From Eledone cirrhosa (lineage: Eukaryota), in contig OZ024747.1 in assembly GCA_964016885.1 (NCBI GenBank), positions 9,982,001 through 10,046,000 of the forward strand: a stretch of 64,000 nt of DNA. The letters are read 5' to 3'. Below, piece by piece: positions 1-46,375 of this stretch; the stretch's first letter is position 1; every line of letters starts with the position of its first letter. Below the pieces are notes generated by a model, which was given only the letters and a program-made list of their open reading frames with translations, did no database searches and was not told the DNA's origin. A program made the position numbers and the translations under genes.

Positions 1-1204
1 CAAAATGGAGCGCGCCCTCTTTTATTTCCTTTGGAAGAAGAGGTCTCCTCTGGTGAGGAGATCCATCTGCTGTCAACACCCTCTGAAAGGAGGGCTGGGG
101 ATGCCGTGGCTAAAAATGCGTAAACACGCATTGAGGCTAAGGTACCTCCAGGTATTCCTCACCGGTCAACCGGTGTGGGCCCCGTTTGTGAGGCGAGCCT
201 TCCCGAGGCTCGTCTCGCTCACCGAGCTGCAGTCCTGGGTGAAGCAAAGACCGAGAAAACTGGGCGACTGGCACATCGAGTGTGCCCAGGCGCTCACGGC
301 TCTCTGGCAGGCGGACCCGGCTATCGACGGAGACTCCACCTCGTCATTCTATAGAGGGCTGGTGGTTAGCGGGTGCGACGACGCCCTTGGAGAAGCCCTA
401 GGCATGGAGGAGGACGAACTGGCCAGTCTATTCGGTAGGACTTTCGGCCCGGGACCTATGGACAACTTCCAGAAGTCCTTGGCCTGGCAGTGCTACCGAG
501 GGGCTCTGCCCGTTCGGGATAAGCTCTACAGACACGGGCGCCCGGGTAGGGACCCCTCGAAAAAGATCTGTCCCAGATGCGTGCGCGATGAGGAAACCGT
601 CGCGCACGCATTGGTGCACTGCCCGGGCGTTGCCGATCTGTGGGGCTATGTCGAACAACTGCTGTCACGGGTGGGACCAATTAGGTTGACCACCGAGTCC
701 ATAGTAACGATCAAGCCGCCTCCCCCCTTCAAAAATGAAGGAGAGGCGGTCTTCCTCTGTGTAATAGCCATGGTAAAAGAGGCTATATGGTGGACGCGTC
801 TGAAAGGGCTGAGGTCGGACACCTTTCTCTCCGGCCAACAACTGGTCCTTTTCTTCCGATACCATTTCGGAAGAAGGATCAGGATGGAGAGAGAGGTGCT
901 CCACTCCAGCCAGTTTTATGAAAGGTGGGTGAAAGTTGCGAGAATGGACCGTGTGAATGGGCCTTCTCTCTACCTCAGCCTGTAGGTGGAACAGAAAGAA
1001 GGGAGCACCCTCTCTTTGTGCTCCCGTGGAGAAGGGTCACACACTTTTTTTCGGGGGTGTGTGTGACCCCAAAACGATCCCCCCCTATTGAGGACCTTCT
1101 TGTTATTTTGTTTGTTATATTTTTCTTACTCGATTTTTATGTAAACTCCCCCCACCCATGTACATGTCCCTTTCTTTTGTGCCCTAGTGGCAAATAAACA
1201 GAAA
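1..1204 (+). mobile_element. Tx1/L1-clade LINE, 3' end of ORF2 (zf-RVT) plus 3' UTR; young copy
   Basis: Uninterrupted GC/CpG-rich ORF 5-985 with P..GGLG.P and CPRC...ETVAHALVHC zinc knuckle; AATAAA at 1193-1198. Confidence 0.88.
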
Positions 1205-1237
<33 letters not shown>

Positions 1238-1242
1238 TTGTG

Positions 1243-1297
<55 letters not shown>

Positions 1298-1607
1298 GTT
1301 TGTGTGTCTGTCTGTCTGTTTGTCTGTCTGTTTGTTTGTGTGTCTGTCTGTCTGTTTGTCTGTCTGTTTGTGTGTCTGTCTGTCTGTCTGTTTGTGTGTC
1401 TGTCTGCTTGTTTGTGTGTTTGTCTGTTTGTGTCTGTCTGTGTGTATGTCTGTCTGTCTGTTTGTGTGTCTGTCTGTTTGTGTGTCTGTCTGTCTGTCTG
1501 TTTGTGTGTCTGTCTGTCTGTCTGTTTGGGTGTCTGTCTGTCTGTTTGTTTGTGTGTGTGTCTGTCTGCGTGTGTGAGTCTGTGTGTGCGTCTGTCTGTG
1601 TCTGTTC
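1205..1607. repeat. (TCTG/TGTT)n microsatellite
   Basis: Directly visible. Confidence 0.95.
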
Positions 1608-1640
1608 AGCAGATGATGATTAATGGAATAAGTACCATAC

Positions 1641-1871
1641 TTAACCCTTTTGTTACCAACCCAGCCAAAAGCCTTGGTTCTATGGAATAAAATCACCCAT
1701 TTTAAAGGTTTCCTATTCAAATTAAAATCTTCCAACATAAATTTATATAAGAACCTTACATTGAGTTACTGTCATAGGAATGAAATAACACTTTTAGTAA
1801 ATCCCTCAAAATTCTTCATTAATTAATGGAAATAGTGTATTTCATTAGAAATATGGCCATGAAAGGGTTAA
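1641..1871. mobile_element. TTAA-flanked MITE (piggyBac-like termini)
   Basis: TTAA-CCCTTT ... AAAGGG-TTAA termini; related copy at 7061-8182. Confidence 0.7.
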
Positions 1872-2700
1872 GTCTTAGGGTTGAAATCTGGCTGTAGAAT
1901 ATCACTTCAAATAAGTCATTTCTGCCCCATGCCAGTATACTAAAGAGGATGTAAAAATAGTGATGATTGCCCTCAAATTACACCCTACACATTGAGTAAT
2001 GTGGTTCCCAGCATAAAAAGACAGGATGATCACAGCTGGTATGTTTTTTCTATGATAGGTCATTACCATCAACACTGACCTAGGGTTAAACAACAGCAAC
2101 ATGGTGGTGGGCTTAGTGTACACATTTCTTTCCAATCTCATTTTTATGTTTTTGTTAGGTTTCTATAATCAATATGTCTATTTAATGAATCAACACAGCA
2201 GATATTTCACATGCCATCATAAAAGAACTGCTAGTCATATATAAATGATGAATGTATGCGTGTGTGTTTGTATGTATGTGTAAGTGTGTGTGCATGTATG
2301 TATGTGTGAAAGTGTGTGCATGTATGTATGTGCCTGCATGTCTGAATGTGTGAGTGCGTGCTGATAGGAACACAGCTTATATTTTACAAACATCCCTGAT
2401 TGATACTTTTGCTATGTTCCAGTTTTATATAATTATATAATTACTATTAATGATTTTTCATATTTTCCTTGTTAGTTCCTTTTTTTTTTATTTGTTCTTG
2501 AACAATAAATTTCTGGGTTCCATTAATGTTTAAAAACCTTCTCAGTCTTATTTTCTGCATGACATGAATGTGGCTTCCATTGTAGACAAGTCGTGGGAAT
2601 AATGCTGTCACTTTTCTCACGGAATATCACCAGGTTTTTAGATTTTCTACCCATTTTATGTTGGCTTGGCTTTCCTCTTTTAATATTGTGGATGGGGTCA

Positions 2701-2895
2701 GGGCAGTGGATTGGTGGAATTGTTAGTTATAGTTCTTTACATTCTGAGTTCAAATCCTGCTGAGCTCAGCTTTAACTTTCATCTTTCAATAAATATAGTA
2801 CCAATAAAATACTGGGGTTGATTTAATCAACTTTCCTCACCGACCCCCCCCCCCCCCTCACAATTATTGACCATGTGCCTATGCTAAAAACAATA
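2701..2895 (+). mobile_element. tRNA-derived SINE, family 1
   Basis: B box gagttcaaatcc, tttcatc...gtacca...ctggggttgatttaatcaac body; many copies in window. Confidence 0.75.
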
Positions 2896-3101
2896 TTGTG
2901 GATGTGGTTACTGTTGTTATAATTTTTGTTGTTGAGTCACTGTTCAAGCCTGATCCAAGAAATTAGAGCTGTTATCTCTTATTTTTAAGGGTATATCTAG
3001 GACTGTTTTGACCTTCCATATGACTAGTATAATTGTGTTAGGGGCTTAAGAAAAGTATGTGTGTGTCTATATATATATGATTTTTTTTTCTTTATATACA
3101 G

Positions 3102-36215
<33,114 letters not shown>

Positions 36216-36457
36216 AAAACAACAAATATAAACAACAAAAAAGCCGGAGAATAGTAAATCAAAAACGAAAATAACCAAAAAAAATCCACAAATCCACAAA
36301 AACAATCCATTGAACAAATGTAAATAATTGAGTTTTAGTTGTGGATGGTCTGGGTTGGATTGGCTGGGTTGGGTTGGGTGGATTGGGGTGGGATTTAGTA
36401 ATTAGAGTGGAGAGGCGTGCTTTGGTTTTTTTGTTTTGTTTTTATATGCTAATGAGC

Positions 36458-36463
36458 AATAAA
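36458..36463 (+). promoter_or_regulatory. Candidate polyadenylation signal of GPAT3/4
   Basis: First AATAAA noticed after the stop codon; no transcript evidence. Confidence 0.35.
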
Positions 36464-37811
36464 GCAGTTCTGTTTCCAGATCTTTCAACTCCTCCTCCTC
36501 CTCTTCCTCCTCTCAAGCTGACCACTACATCCCTCCACACCCCACCCCCGCCTTCCTCTCAGATCTCTGTTGAAGATACTGGAAAAATTTCTGTTTGGGG
36601 TTTATTTGGGGATGGGGTGGGAGGGTGGATTATGATGATGATGATGATGGAGAGGAATTGACCTCGTACTGACCTTTCCCAGTACTGAGAGGGTGGGATG
36701 GGAGTGGACATAGACATGTGAAGGACATTGATCAATACACACACACATGGTCACCTTTGGTGGAGATAGACATGTGTGATGGACATTGGACTTACATGGT
36801 CACCCTTGGTGGACTCACATGGTCACCCTTGGTGGACATGGTCACCCTTGGTGGACTCACATGGTCACTTTTGGTGGACAGAGCAATACAAAAACGAAAA
36901 GAAAAAAAAATATCAGTTGTGTGCTAAGCTAATGTTTCCTTTTTTTTGTTGTTGTTTACTAACAATTGTGTGATGATGATGATGATAGTGATAGTGATGG
37001 TGGTGATGATTGTGTGTATGTAATAATGAAAAGTGTGTGTGTGTAGTAATGAAGAGTGTGTGTATGTAGTAATGAAGAGTGTGTGTGTGTAGTAATGAAG
37101 AGTGTGTGTGTGTGTGTAGTAATGAAGTGTGTGTGTGTGTGTGTGTATGTAGTAATGAAGAGTGTGTGTGTAGTAATGAAGAGTGTGTATGTAGTAATGA
37201 AGAGAGTGTGTGTATGTAATTGCTGCTGAAGAAAATCACAATTCACTTGAACTCTTAAAACTTTAACAAACTGTTTATATGTTTAAGTAAAAATGTTTAT
37301 ATATATATATATGATATATATAACTGTTTCTACATTTGGCACCAGGCCAGCAATTACACAGTGTATTACTGGTACATTATATATGATATATATAATGTAT
37401 TATATATATATATGTATTTATATATAATATATATATGTATTTTATATATATATATATAATATATATGTGTTGTCCTTAATTTGGTAATTTCTAGATCAAA
37501 ACAAACAAACATTATCCATTGATTATTTTGTCTGCTAGTCCCAATCCTTCTTCCCTTGTTCCATCCTCCTGCTAGTGTAAATGTTTCCCCTTCCAGTTTA
37601 ACAGGCAAACCTTTCTTTTATATTATTTCTATCAATTTCTACCTCAGTTTTTACCCTTCCTTTAGCTACAGTCTCCACATTCACAATTGCAGACCAAACT
37701 ATATCAGGCCAAATACACACATTATATATATATATATATATATATAGATAATATGTGTGTGTGTATATGTGTATATATATTTATATATATGTGTGTGTGT
37801 GTGTGTGTATA

Positions 37812-38687
37812 CGAGGTGGTATCAAAAAATTCCCAGATTAATTATGTTTGAAGAAAAATATCTATTTATCTAAGCTTTAACATCATCTCCTTCAAAATAG
37901 TCCCCTTGCGCAGCAATACATCGGTCCCAGTCTTCCTGCCATTTTTGAAATCCCACCTAGAAGTCGTTTTCCATAAGTGAGTCGAGGACCTTCTGCAATT
38001 CACTCTAGATCTTGGCAAATGGTGTTAAAACCACGACCTTTGAGCTGCATTTTCAGCTTGAAGAAGAGATGGAAGGCCGCAGGTGGTAAATCTAGTGAAT
38101 AAGGCAGGTGCAGAAGTGATACAATGTTTTTGGTGAGAAACTCACGAGTGAAGAGAGCTCAGTGATGGTGTATTGTCATTGTGAGGATTCTAGTTCTTAA
38201 CACTCTGCAGCTCCAGTCATCTTCACCAAATATCCTCCCTCAAATGCCACAAAATGTTGCAGTAGAACTCTTGATTGACAGTCTGGCCCTGGGGACGAAT
38301 TCTCGATGCACAATACTGCGGATGTCGAAAAAAAAAATGATCAGTATGCTCTTGATTGAGCTGCAGCTCTGTCATGCCTTTTGAAGAGCCCATGCCTCTC
38401 AAAACATTGCATACAACCCATTGCCTTGCAACTGTAAGCTTGCTGAAGAATGCTCAATGTCTCTGTAGCAGACTTCCCAAGTTGAAAGCAAAATTTCATA
38501 TTGGCTCTTTGTTCCAACTTCCTGTCCATGACAAAATTGCAGGCTACAGCACACATGTGATCACAAAAACACACACAACTTGAGAATTGAACACAGTTAT
38601 GTTACTCAGCACACTGTGCACGCAACCATGTGTTGCCATCTGTTGGCATGCTACAGAACTAGTCCGGAAACTTTTTCACACCATGTG
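37812..38687 (-). mobile_element. Mariner element, internally deleted
   Basis: TIRs cgaggtggtatcaaaaaattccc / ccggaaactttttcacacca; HTH EQRANMKFCFQLGKSATETL and a C-terminal PYSLDLPP (YSPDL-like) remnant. Confidence 0.82.
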
Positions 38688-39174
38688 TTTGTGTGTGTGT
38701 ATATATATATATGTGTGTGTGTATGTATATATAATCTGGTGTTTTCACTTCATTTTTGTCAGGCTTTACCCTAACTCTTTTATCAATGTGTCTCTGTGAC
38801 TGTAGTCACTAGAACTAATCCAAGTTACCATAGCCCCCCACCCCCCACACATACATATACATACATATATAGATAGACTCATACACACATAAGATTCTAC
38901 ACACTTCCACTATAAGCTTGTATTAAGCACTCTTGTTTTTCTATGACTAAACATGATAAATATAATGACATTTGTGTGTGTCCTATTTCACAACTGTGTT
39001 AAAATATTTCGAAGGAGAATTTTTTTTAAATGCCAGCATTCCCCACCCACCATTTTTGTTTTTTGTTTTTAATTAAGGCATGTAAGAAGTTTCAGGTTAC
39101 AAATTTTTTTTCTACACATTGATGCCAAACAGAACATCTTTATTTCAAGAGAGATCTATCAGTTTATTACATCG

Positions 39175-39390
39175 TGATGGATTGGCAGTGTTGGTAAGGC
39201 ATCGGACACCCTGCTTCGTGGCATAGTTACGTCCCTTTACATTCTGAATTCAAATCCCGCCAAGGTCAACTTTGCCTTTCATCCTTACGGTGTCGATAAA
39301 ATAAAGTACCAGTAATGCACTGGGGCTTATTTAACCAACTTTCCCCTCCCTTCAAATTGCTGGCCTTGTACCTAAAATAGAAAAAATTAT
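39175..39390 (+). mobile_element. tRNA-derived SINE, family 1
   Basis: As 4411-4600. Confidence 0.82.
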
Positions 39391-39460
39391 TATTACATCT
39401 CTTTGTTTTGAGTTCAAATCTTGCTGCGGTAAAGTTTGGTTTTTATTCTTTTGAAGTTTA

Positions 39461-39680
39461 AATATGTACCAGCTATATATTGGTGTTGATTAAATCGACA
39501 ACATCCCTCCCAAAATATGTACCAGCTATATATTGGTGTTGATTAAATCGACAACATCCCTTCCAAAATATGTACCAGCTATATATTGGTGTTGACTAAA
39601 TCAACAACATCCCTCTCAAAATAGGTACCAGCTATATATTGGTGTTCATTAAATTGACAACATCCCTCCCAAAATAGGCA
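39461..39680. repeat. 53-bp tandem repeat x4 derived from a SINE body
   Basis: aatatgtaccagctatatattggtgttgattaaatcgacaacatccctcccaa. Confidence 0.85.
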
Positions 39681-40689
39681 CCAATGCTAGAAACCATTAT
39701 GATTATTATCAATAAGGATTTCTTTTATCATAATTTAACGTCTATTTTTCATTGCTAATATGAGATAGACGAGATGGTCACCTGATCTGACTTGTCTCAC
39801 AACTGGACCTGTTTCTGGCTTGGTTTCTACAGCTGGATGACGTTCCTAATACCAACCACATTTACAGCATGGACAAGGTGCTTTTTCTTGTATCACCAAC
39901 ACTACGACCTTCCAGGGTGGACTGGGTACTTTTCATCATGTCACCAATACAACTACTTTACAGGGTGGACTGGGTGCTTTTTGTTGTGTCCCTAACATGA
40001 CCACCTTACAGCTCGCAAAGATGATAATGCCTGGTCAGCCGTCTTCTTTTCAACAAAGAGCACTGGTCAATGATGTGGGTGATTGTCTCTGCAGCTGCAA
40101 ATCAGTGACTGCAGGTCTTCAAACCAGTGCCCTTTGTTGAAAAGAAGACGGCTGACCAGGCATTATCATCTTTGTGAGCTAATCAAAGGTGAAGTGTACA
40201 CCATGGTTGGATGGTAGGCTGGGAGCCATCTTACCATGTAGAATAAACAAGACGTATCCCAGCTTTGGTCTTCAGAAGGTCGGGAGTCGCCATAGTGTTG
40301 GATGTCATGGTCAGGTTCGAACTGTGGCCTCCTCTCGAGAGACATTCACAAGTGGGGAATGTATTGGTCTGCATCTTGAGACAACTCAAGAAGCTTCCCT
40401 CAGAAATCCCACTTGGCTGGAACTATAAAGCACACACACACCTTGAATAGGCTGTGATGCCCATGTTTTGGTGTGTCCCTGGCAGAATCCAGGCGTGTAC
40501 TTGGTCACACCTTACGGTATTAGCGGCAGACCATAGCGTAATGCTATATCACGTGGTGAGATCTGCAGCATAGCTTGAGACATGTAGACAGAGATTCATT
40601 CGAATCACAGGTGGTGTGACCTTCATGATGTAGTTGGCTGTTAGATCTGTCCTACATGTAACAACAGCTTTTTGACAAAACTCCACAAA

Positions 40690-42085
40690 TCATCAATGCA
40701 TGGATACTGGGGGGGGGGGGGAGTGTGTGCGGAGTGGTTTCATCACTCTGTGTACATTTTGAATGGTTCTGTCTGATAGTATTTCCATACCAATAGAATT
40801 TATCTGATACTGGCGGTGTGATCCCTGGTAGAAGTGCCAGGACAAAGATATTTGGAAATTGTCCATAATCCTCTGTAAGCCCCCCGAGAACAGTTCATTC
40901 AGGTCAATGCTTGGTTTCTCCAAAGAATGACACTATTTTTCAACACTAGTCCTTTATATAACACTAACGAGGAATTTCCACCAACTGCATTACCCCACTG
41001 TCAAAGAGACAGGCCGCAGAAAGACACACCTGACAAAGGGCAACCACACCTGTTCACGAGTTAGGAATGTTTGTAAATACTGCAACCATAGTGCATGTCT
41101 GCACATCAATGGTCACAACATGCTGAACTCTTCACACAAAGGGTTCTTGTATCAGATGGAGCACCTGACTAGAAAAACACGTCTCTTCGATAAGAAGTGA
41201 AAGCAGATACTCTCATTTGGTGAGACAAGAACTACGGCAAGGCACGACAGTCGGGCTACAATATATATATATAAATACAGGTAATATATGCTTTTGCCAC
41301 CTCTGTCTCATCTTTCAAGTATAGCTTCCACTTGGCTCATTTCTGGGTGAGACTGGTTACCCTGCCTATTACCTTGTCCCAATTCCGATCCACCTGGAGT
41401 TCCAGACCCCAAAATAACTTAACTGGTCCGTCCGTCTGTCCTGCACCTCCTGATGCTGTTAGATGACATAGGCTTACCTCTTCAGGTGTTGGACTGTGAA
41501 CCTATTAATTTGTTTAGGTGAATTTTTGCTCCAATCAACATTTCGTATTCTTTTAGGAAGGTACCAACCACCTCAATTTCCAAGATGTTTGATTCCATCA
41601 GTGGTGACATTCACATGTTTCAATGCAGCTCTTCAGCAATTTAGTTTGTGTGGGATGCCCTTCAACAGCTTTTGCAGTAGTGACTCAAGAGTTAGCATAT
41701 ACACAAGTGAAGAGAGGGACACCCTTGATGGACTAAACGCATCATTTGAAATGGTTTCAATAGGTGACCATTTACTCTGAGTCCGAAGCAGATGCTGCTG
41801 TATATTGAAGCAATCCCACCTTTAAAGATAGGATCATACCTGGCTACTTTGAGGATAGCCACCAAATACTGATGGTTGATCTCATCAAAAGCTGCAGATT
41901 GATAAAATGACTGCTCCCTCTCTCTCTATGATGTATCACATAGTGGAGATTGTAGAAGATAGAACTGGTTGGAACGGCCCACATCCACACCACCTTCCCA
42001 ACTATACTTTCAATGACAAGTGTCAGCCTCTTAGCCAAAATCTTAAACTCTGTTGAACAGAGTTATGGACTGGAAATATTCAATG
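40690..42085 (-). mobile_element. Old, decayed Tx1/L1 ORF2, related to 1-1204
   Basis: Fragments FKILAKRL, RVNGHL..HQGCPLS, RNWDKV, CRHALWLQYLQTFL and MDNFQISLSW align with Tx1 RT and with ORF 5-985. Confidence 0.75.
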
Positions 42086-42129
42086 TCTCCTTTATGTCCT
42101 GCCAACACATATATTGAAGTCACCAAGAA

Positions 42130-43000
42130 GTATCAGCGTGTCATCATTTGATGTGGAAGTAATGGCAGTCTAAAAGCTTTCATAGAATGTCATAATATTT
42201 TCATTGATTTGTAGAGTTGGAGCATAAACTGAAAAGGTTGTTGCAAAATGTCCACGAGTTGAACGAGTAGCCTCATTATATGATCAGTAATGCTAGACAG
42301 GCCTAGAGAGGGGATGGGCTCCACCCAATGTCAATACGGTGCCTCTATGACTCCATCAGAAGTTGTAGGTCCATACATACATACATACAATGCTTTAAAT
42401 ATTTTGCTGATGTTGTTCTGATAGCAAAATCAAATACACCTTGGCGCTCATCTTTAAGCTTACCAACCCAGAAAAGTGTACTTCCCGATGATACTTCAGT
42501 CAACTGATCTCCACTTCCTCTGGGTTCCAGGTGTGGTACAATATGCAAGTTTTCAGGGGATGTAAAACAATCTATCTCCATCACTTCTGGATAATTTCAT
42601 CATGGACAATCTGTTACTGAGTTCACTGCCTCAATTCCCTCGTTACTGTGTCTGGCCAGTTAATCTGAAGAATTTACCTAGGGCAGGTGTTAATGGATGC
42701 CTGTATTCTCTTCATGGTGGTATTCTAGGTCCCTGCCCCATATAGCAAAACAGGCTTCACAAGGGTGTCAGATATCCTGATCTTGGTGTAGGTGGAGAGA
42801 TCAGGACTCCATACATTAGCATCTGTCCATTCTTGCTTGTCAATGATGCTGTCCAGATAGGTGAAGCTATCCATCTCCTGAATCAATGCTTCATTTTCTA
42901 GTGTGATGAGGACTACTTGATGTGTTTAACCTTCATGAAGACTTTGTTCTTCCTTCCAGTATGTCAAATTAACTAGCTACTATTTTTCTAAGTTAGATTC
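42130..43000 (-). mobile_element. Decayed RTE fragments (APE endonuclease and RT C-terminal part)
   Basis: QLTEVSSGSTLFWVG..GVFDFAIRT, SVYAPT and DSFTYLDSII remnants. Confidence 0.6.
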
Positions 43001-43941
43001 AGAAGCCTTTTCCTTCCTTTAACATGAGTGGTCCCACAGACCTCATCACATTATCTGCTTCTAAGGATCAACCCAGTCAAGTCTGGTTATTTTACACCTT
43101 TTTTTTATCTGTTATCACAAGTCAAATCCATGTATTGGACCCCCCCCCCTCCCCCCACAATGGGTCATTGCGACTGACCAGAGAGACCTGTCCCATTCCC
43201 AGTTGCCATTGGTTTGACAACATCCCGCTGCCAGATATATAAATTGTTACGGTAACATTTCATATATTATATATACACTTCGTTTGTTCTTAATGTGACA
43301 GACCAACCAGTAATGGGTGAACCCACCAGGCCAGCCACCGACACTGGGGAGAAAAAACAATAAATAAAAAAAATACAAAGTATAAGGCCAATGCTGTATC
43401 CTCTGCACAGCTCTGAACACTTAAATTGATGTCTTTTATTGTGGCTTTGAGTGAACCAAGGAAAAAGAATTTGGTAGACTGAAATTGTGATGTGAAGAAG
43501 ACTATTGTATATGTGTGTGTGTGTGTGTGTGTGTAGATGTGTATGTGAGTCTGTTTGCCACTTTTTGTATTTTGTCAACATTTAAAGCAAGCGGTACCAT
43601 TTGTTTATGGCCTGTGCAAACAATACATCCTACAGAATAACAACTTAAGAACTTGTTCAATTTTCGTTTTGTTGTTTTTTTTTTTTTTCTTTAAGTCCTC
43701 ACTAAAATAAAGTTTCCCAAACCCAAGCTGTGTATGTAAATACTGCTGTGACATCTAGCTGCTGCCTCTCTTACAACTTTTTGTCTTGTTTTCAACTGTT
43801 TATCAACTGTATAATAATTTCAATAATTATTATTAAACCAATAAATTTGTTATATAAGGGAGGAAAACCACCCTCACCAACAAACAACTGTTTTAATTCT
43901 TGAAACTTGAGTTATTCAAAGCTTTACACATGTGTATTAAT

Positions 43942-43978
<37 letters not shown>

Positions 43979-43989
43979 TTAATATAGAA

Positions 43990-44044
43990 AAGGCTTCTAC
44001 AGGACTAGAACTGTTTCATTCGGGAGAAATCATCAGGAAGCCCT
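43990..44044 (-). ncRNA. Type I hammerhead ribozyme motif
   Basis: Minus strand: agggcuuc CUGAUGA u-uuc-uccc-gaa-u GAAA cag-uucuaguc-cug UA gaagccuu. Complete core, 8-bp stem I, GUA cleavage triplet; U.U at the base of stem II. Confidence 0.75.
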
Positions 44045-44121
44045 GTGGTTACCCCTGAATGAACCTGGGTTAAACTTATATTGTATATAAAACAAAACAA
44101 GACAGAAGTCAGAGGTAGGTG

Positions 44122-44223
44122 TGTTTCTGAAGAAGAGGAACTTCAAGACTAGAAATAGGTAGTAACTTAACCACTTCCATGTTAGCCAATACATCGATCT
44201 TCCTCTGAAACGACTGTAAAACA
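44122..44223 (+). ncRNA. Type I hammerhead ribozyme motif (minimal stem III)
   Basis: uguuu CUGAAGA agaggaa..(~59 nt)..uuccucu GAAA c-gacu-g UA aaaca. Complete core, 7-bp stem II, GUA triplet; stem I extended by a 26-bp inverted repeat (44095-44120 / 44239-44264). Confidence 0.7.
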
Positions 44224-45329
44224 ATTAATTAATTTACAACCTACCTCTGATTTCTGTCTTGTTTACATTGTCCTATACACAAACACACACATATATATAT
44301 ATAAATGACTCTGTAACCTAGGCGGATCTTCTTCGAGGAAACCTTAAGTGGTGGTCACCTACCACAAAACTACTGGTCACACTACCTAATCTCACTGCAA
44401 CTATCTTTCGAAGGACACATTGAGTTCTAACATTGTTATCAGCTTCACTACAACCAAGTGGAATATGAGATATATATATATATATGTGTGCATGTATGTA
44501 TGTCGTCCCCCCCCCCCCCTATAACTCGCAGGGGAGCTGTATTGATATAAAGTGTTTCTAGGGCATTTTAAACCCTGGTGGAGCCCATATCTCCAGGTCT
44601 GAATACAGCAGATTTCTTCCAGACAAAGGGTCTAGTGGGAGCGACTTGACCATGAAACAGGTTGTACTGAGTTACATGGTACCAGTAGTAAGCAGAAGCC
44701 TGCCCTGAATAAATACAATATTAGCTCATGTTAATCACATCATCAAAGGGAGATGAATTTTATTTTTTATTTTTTAATTAATTCAATAAACAAAAGTTGT
44801 TTCCCCTATTAAATAAAAGAGGAAAACAGCAAATACAAAGTCACGTCTTCGATGAGATTGTGTGATTCTGAAGGTTATTTTGATTCTTGATTTTTGTTGT
44901 TTACTAATGTAAAGGAAACCTGAAGAATGAATGAATTATTCATGAAACTGGTGAGATCTGAAATACCCAAATTATATGAGTGTAAAATTCACCTTCAAAA
45001 TGTAACAGGTGTAATATTCACCTCCAAAGTGAAACCGGTGTAATATCCATCTCCAAAGCGTAACAGGTGTAATATTCACCTCATTTACATAAAACCTTAA
45101 AGTTGATGAAAATTGGAAAAATATTTTATCAGTTATTTCTTAGCTTCTATACAAGTATATATGGTAGACCCACACCTACATACTCTTCAGTCCCAAATAA
45201 TGGGAGGGGGGGGAATCGGTAATTTTACTAAGTTGTCTCCATTGGTTGTGGTGGTGAGGAGGAGGAACCTTACAATGTATACACTATTAACTTCAAGCTC
45301 CATCGAAAACTCTCCTCATTTTACCATTG

Positions 45330-46375
45330 TCATCACCAATGCCACCACCACCATCACCACCACCACCATCTCCACCATATCCACCACCACTACTACCACC
45401 ATCACCACCACCACCATATCCACCACCACTACTACCACCATCACCATTACCACCACCACCATATCCACCACCACTACTACCACCACCACCATCTCCACCA
45501 CCATCACCATTACCACCACCACCATATCCACCACCACTACTACCACCACCACCATATCCACCACCACTACTACCACCATCACCATATCCACCACCACTAC
45601 TACCACCATCACCACCACCACCATATCCACCATCACCATATCCACCACCATTACTACCACCACCACCATCACCACCATCACTATTACCATCATCACCATC
45701 ACCATTACCATCACCACCACCATCTCCAGCATTTACTCTCAACCAAAGCAGGATATACACTCATACAGACACACAGGAAGTACACAGACACGTACATACA
45801 CACACACAGGGAGTACACAGACACGTACACACACACACACACACGGAGTACATTGACACACACACACACACAGGAAGTACACAGACACGTACACACACAC
45901 ACACGGAGTACATTGACACACACACACAGGGAGTACACAGACACGTACACACACACACACACACGGAGTACATTGACACACACACACACAGGAAGTACAC
46001 AGACACGTACACACACACACACGGAGTACATTGACGCACACACACAGGGAGTACACAGACACGTACACACACACACACACACGGAGTACATTGACACACA
46101 CACACACAGGAAGTACACAGACACGTACACACACACACACACGGAGTACATTGACACACACACACACACACACACACAGGGAGTACACAAACACGTACAC
46201 ACACACACACAGGGAATACACAGACACGTACACACACACACAGGGAGTACACTGACACACACACAGGGAGTACACAGACACACACACACATACACACACA
46301 CAGGGAGTACACTGACACACACACACACACAGGGAGAACATTGACACACACACACACACAGGGAGAACATTGACA
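45330..46375. repeat. (CCA)n array followed by a (CA)n-containing composite minisatellite
   Basis: Directly visible. Confidence 0.9.
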
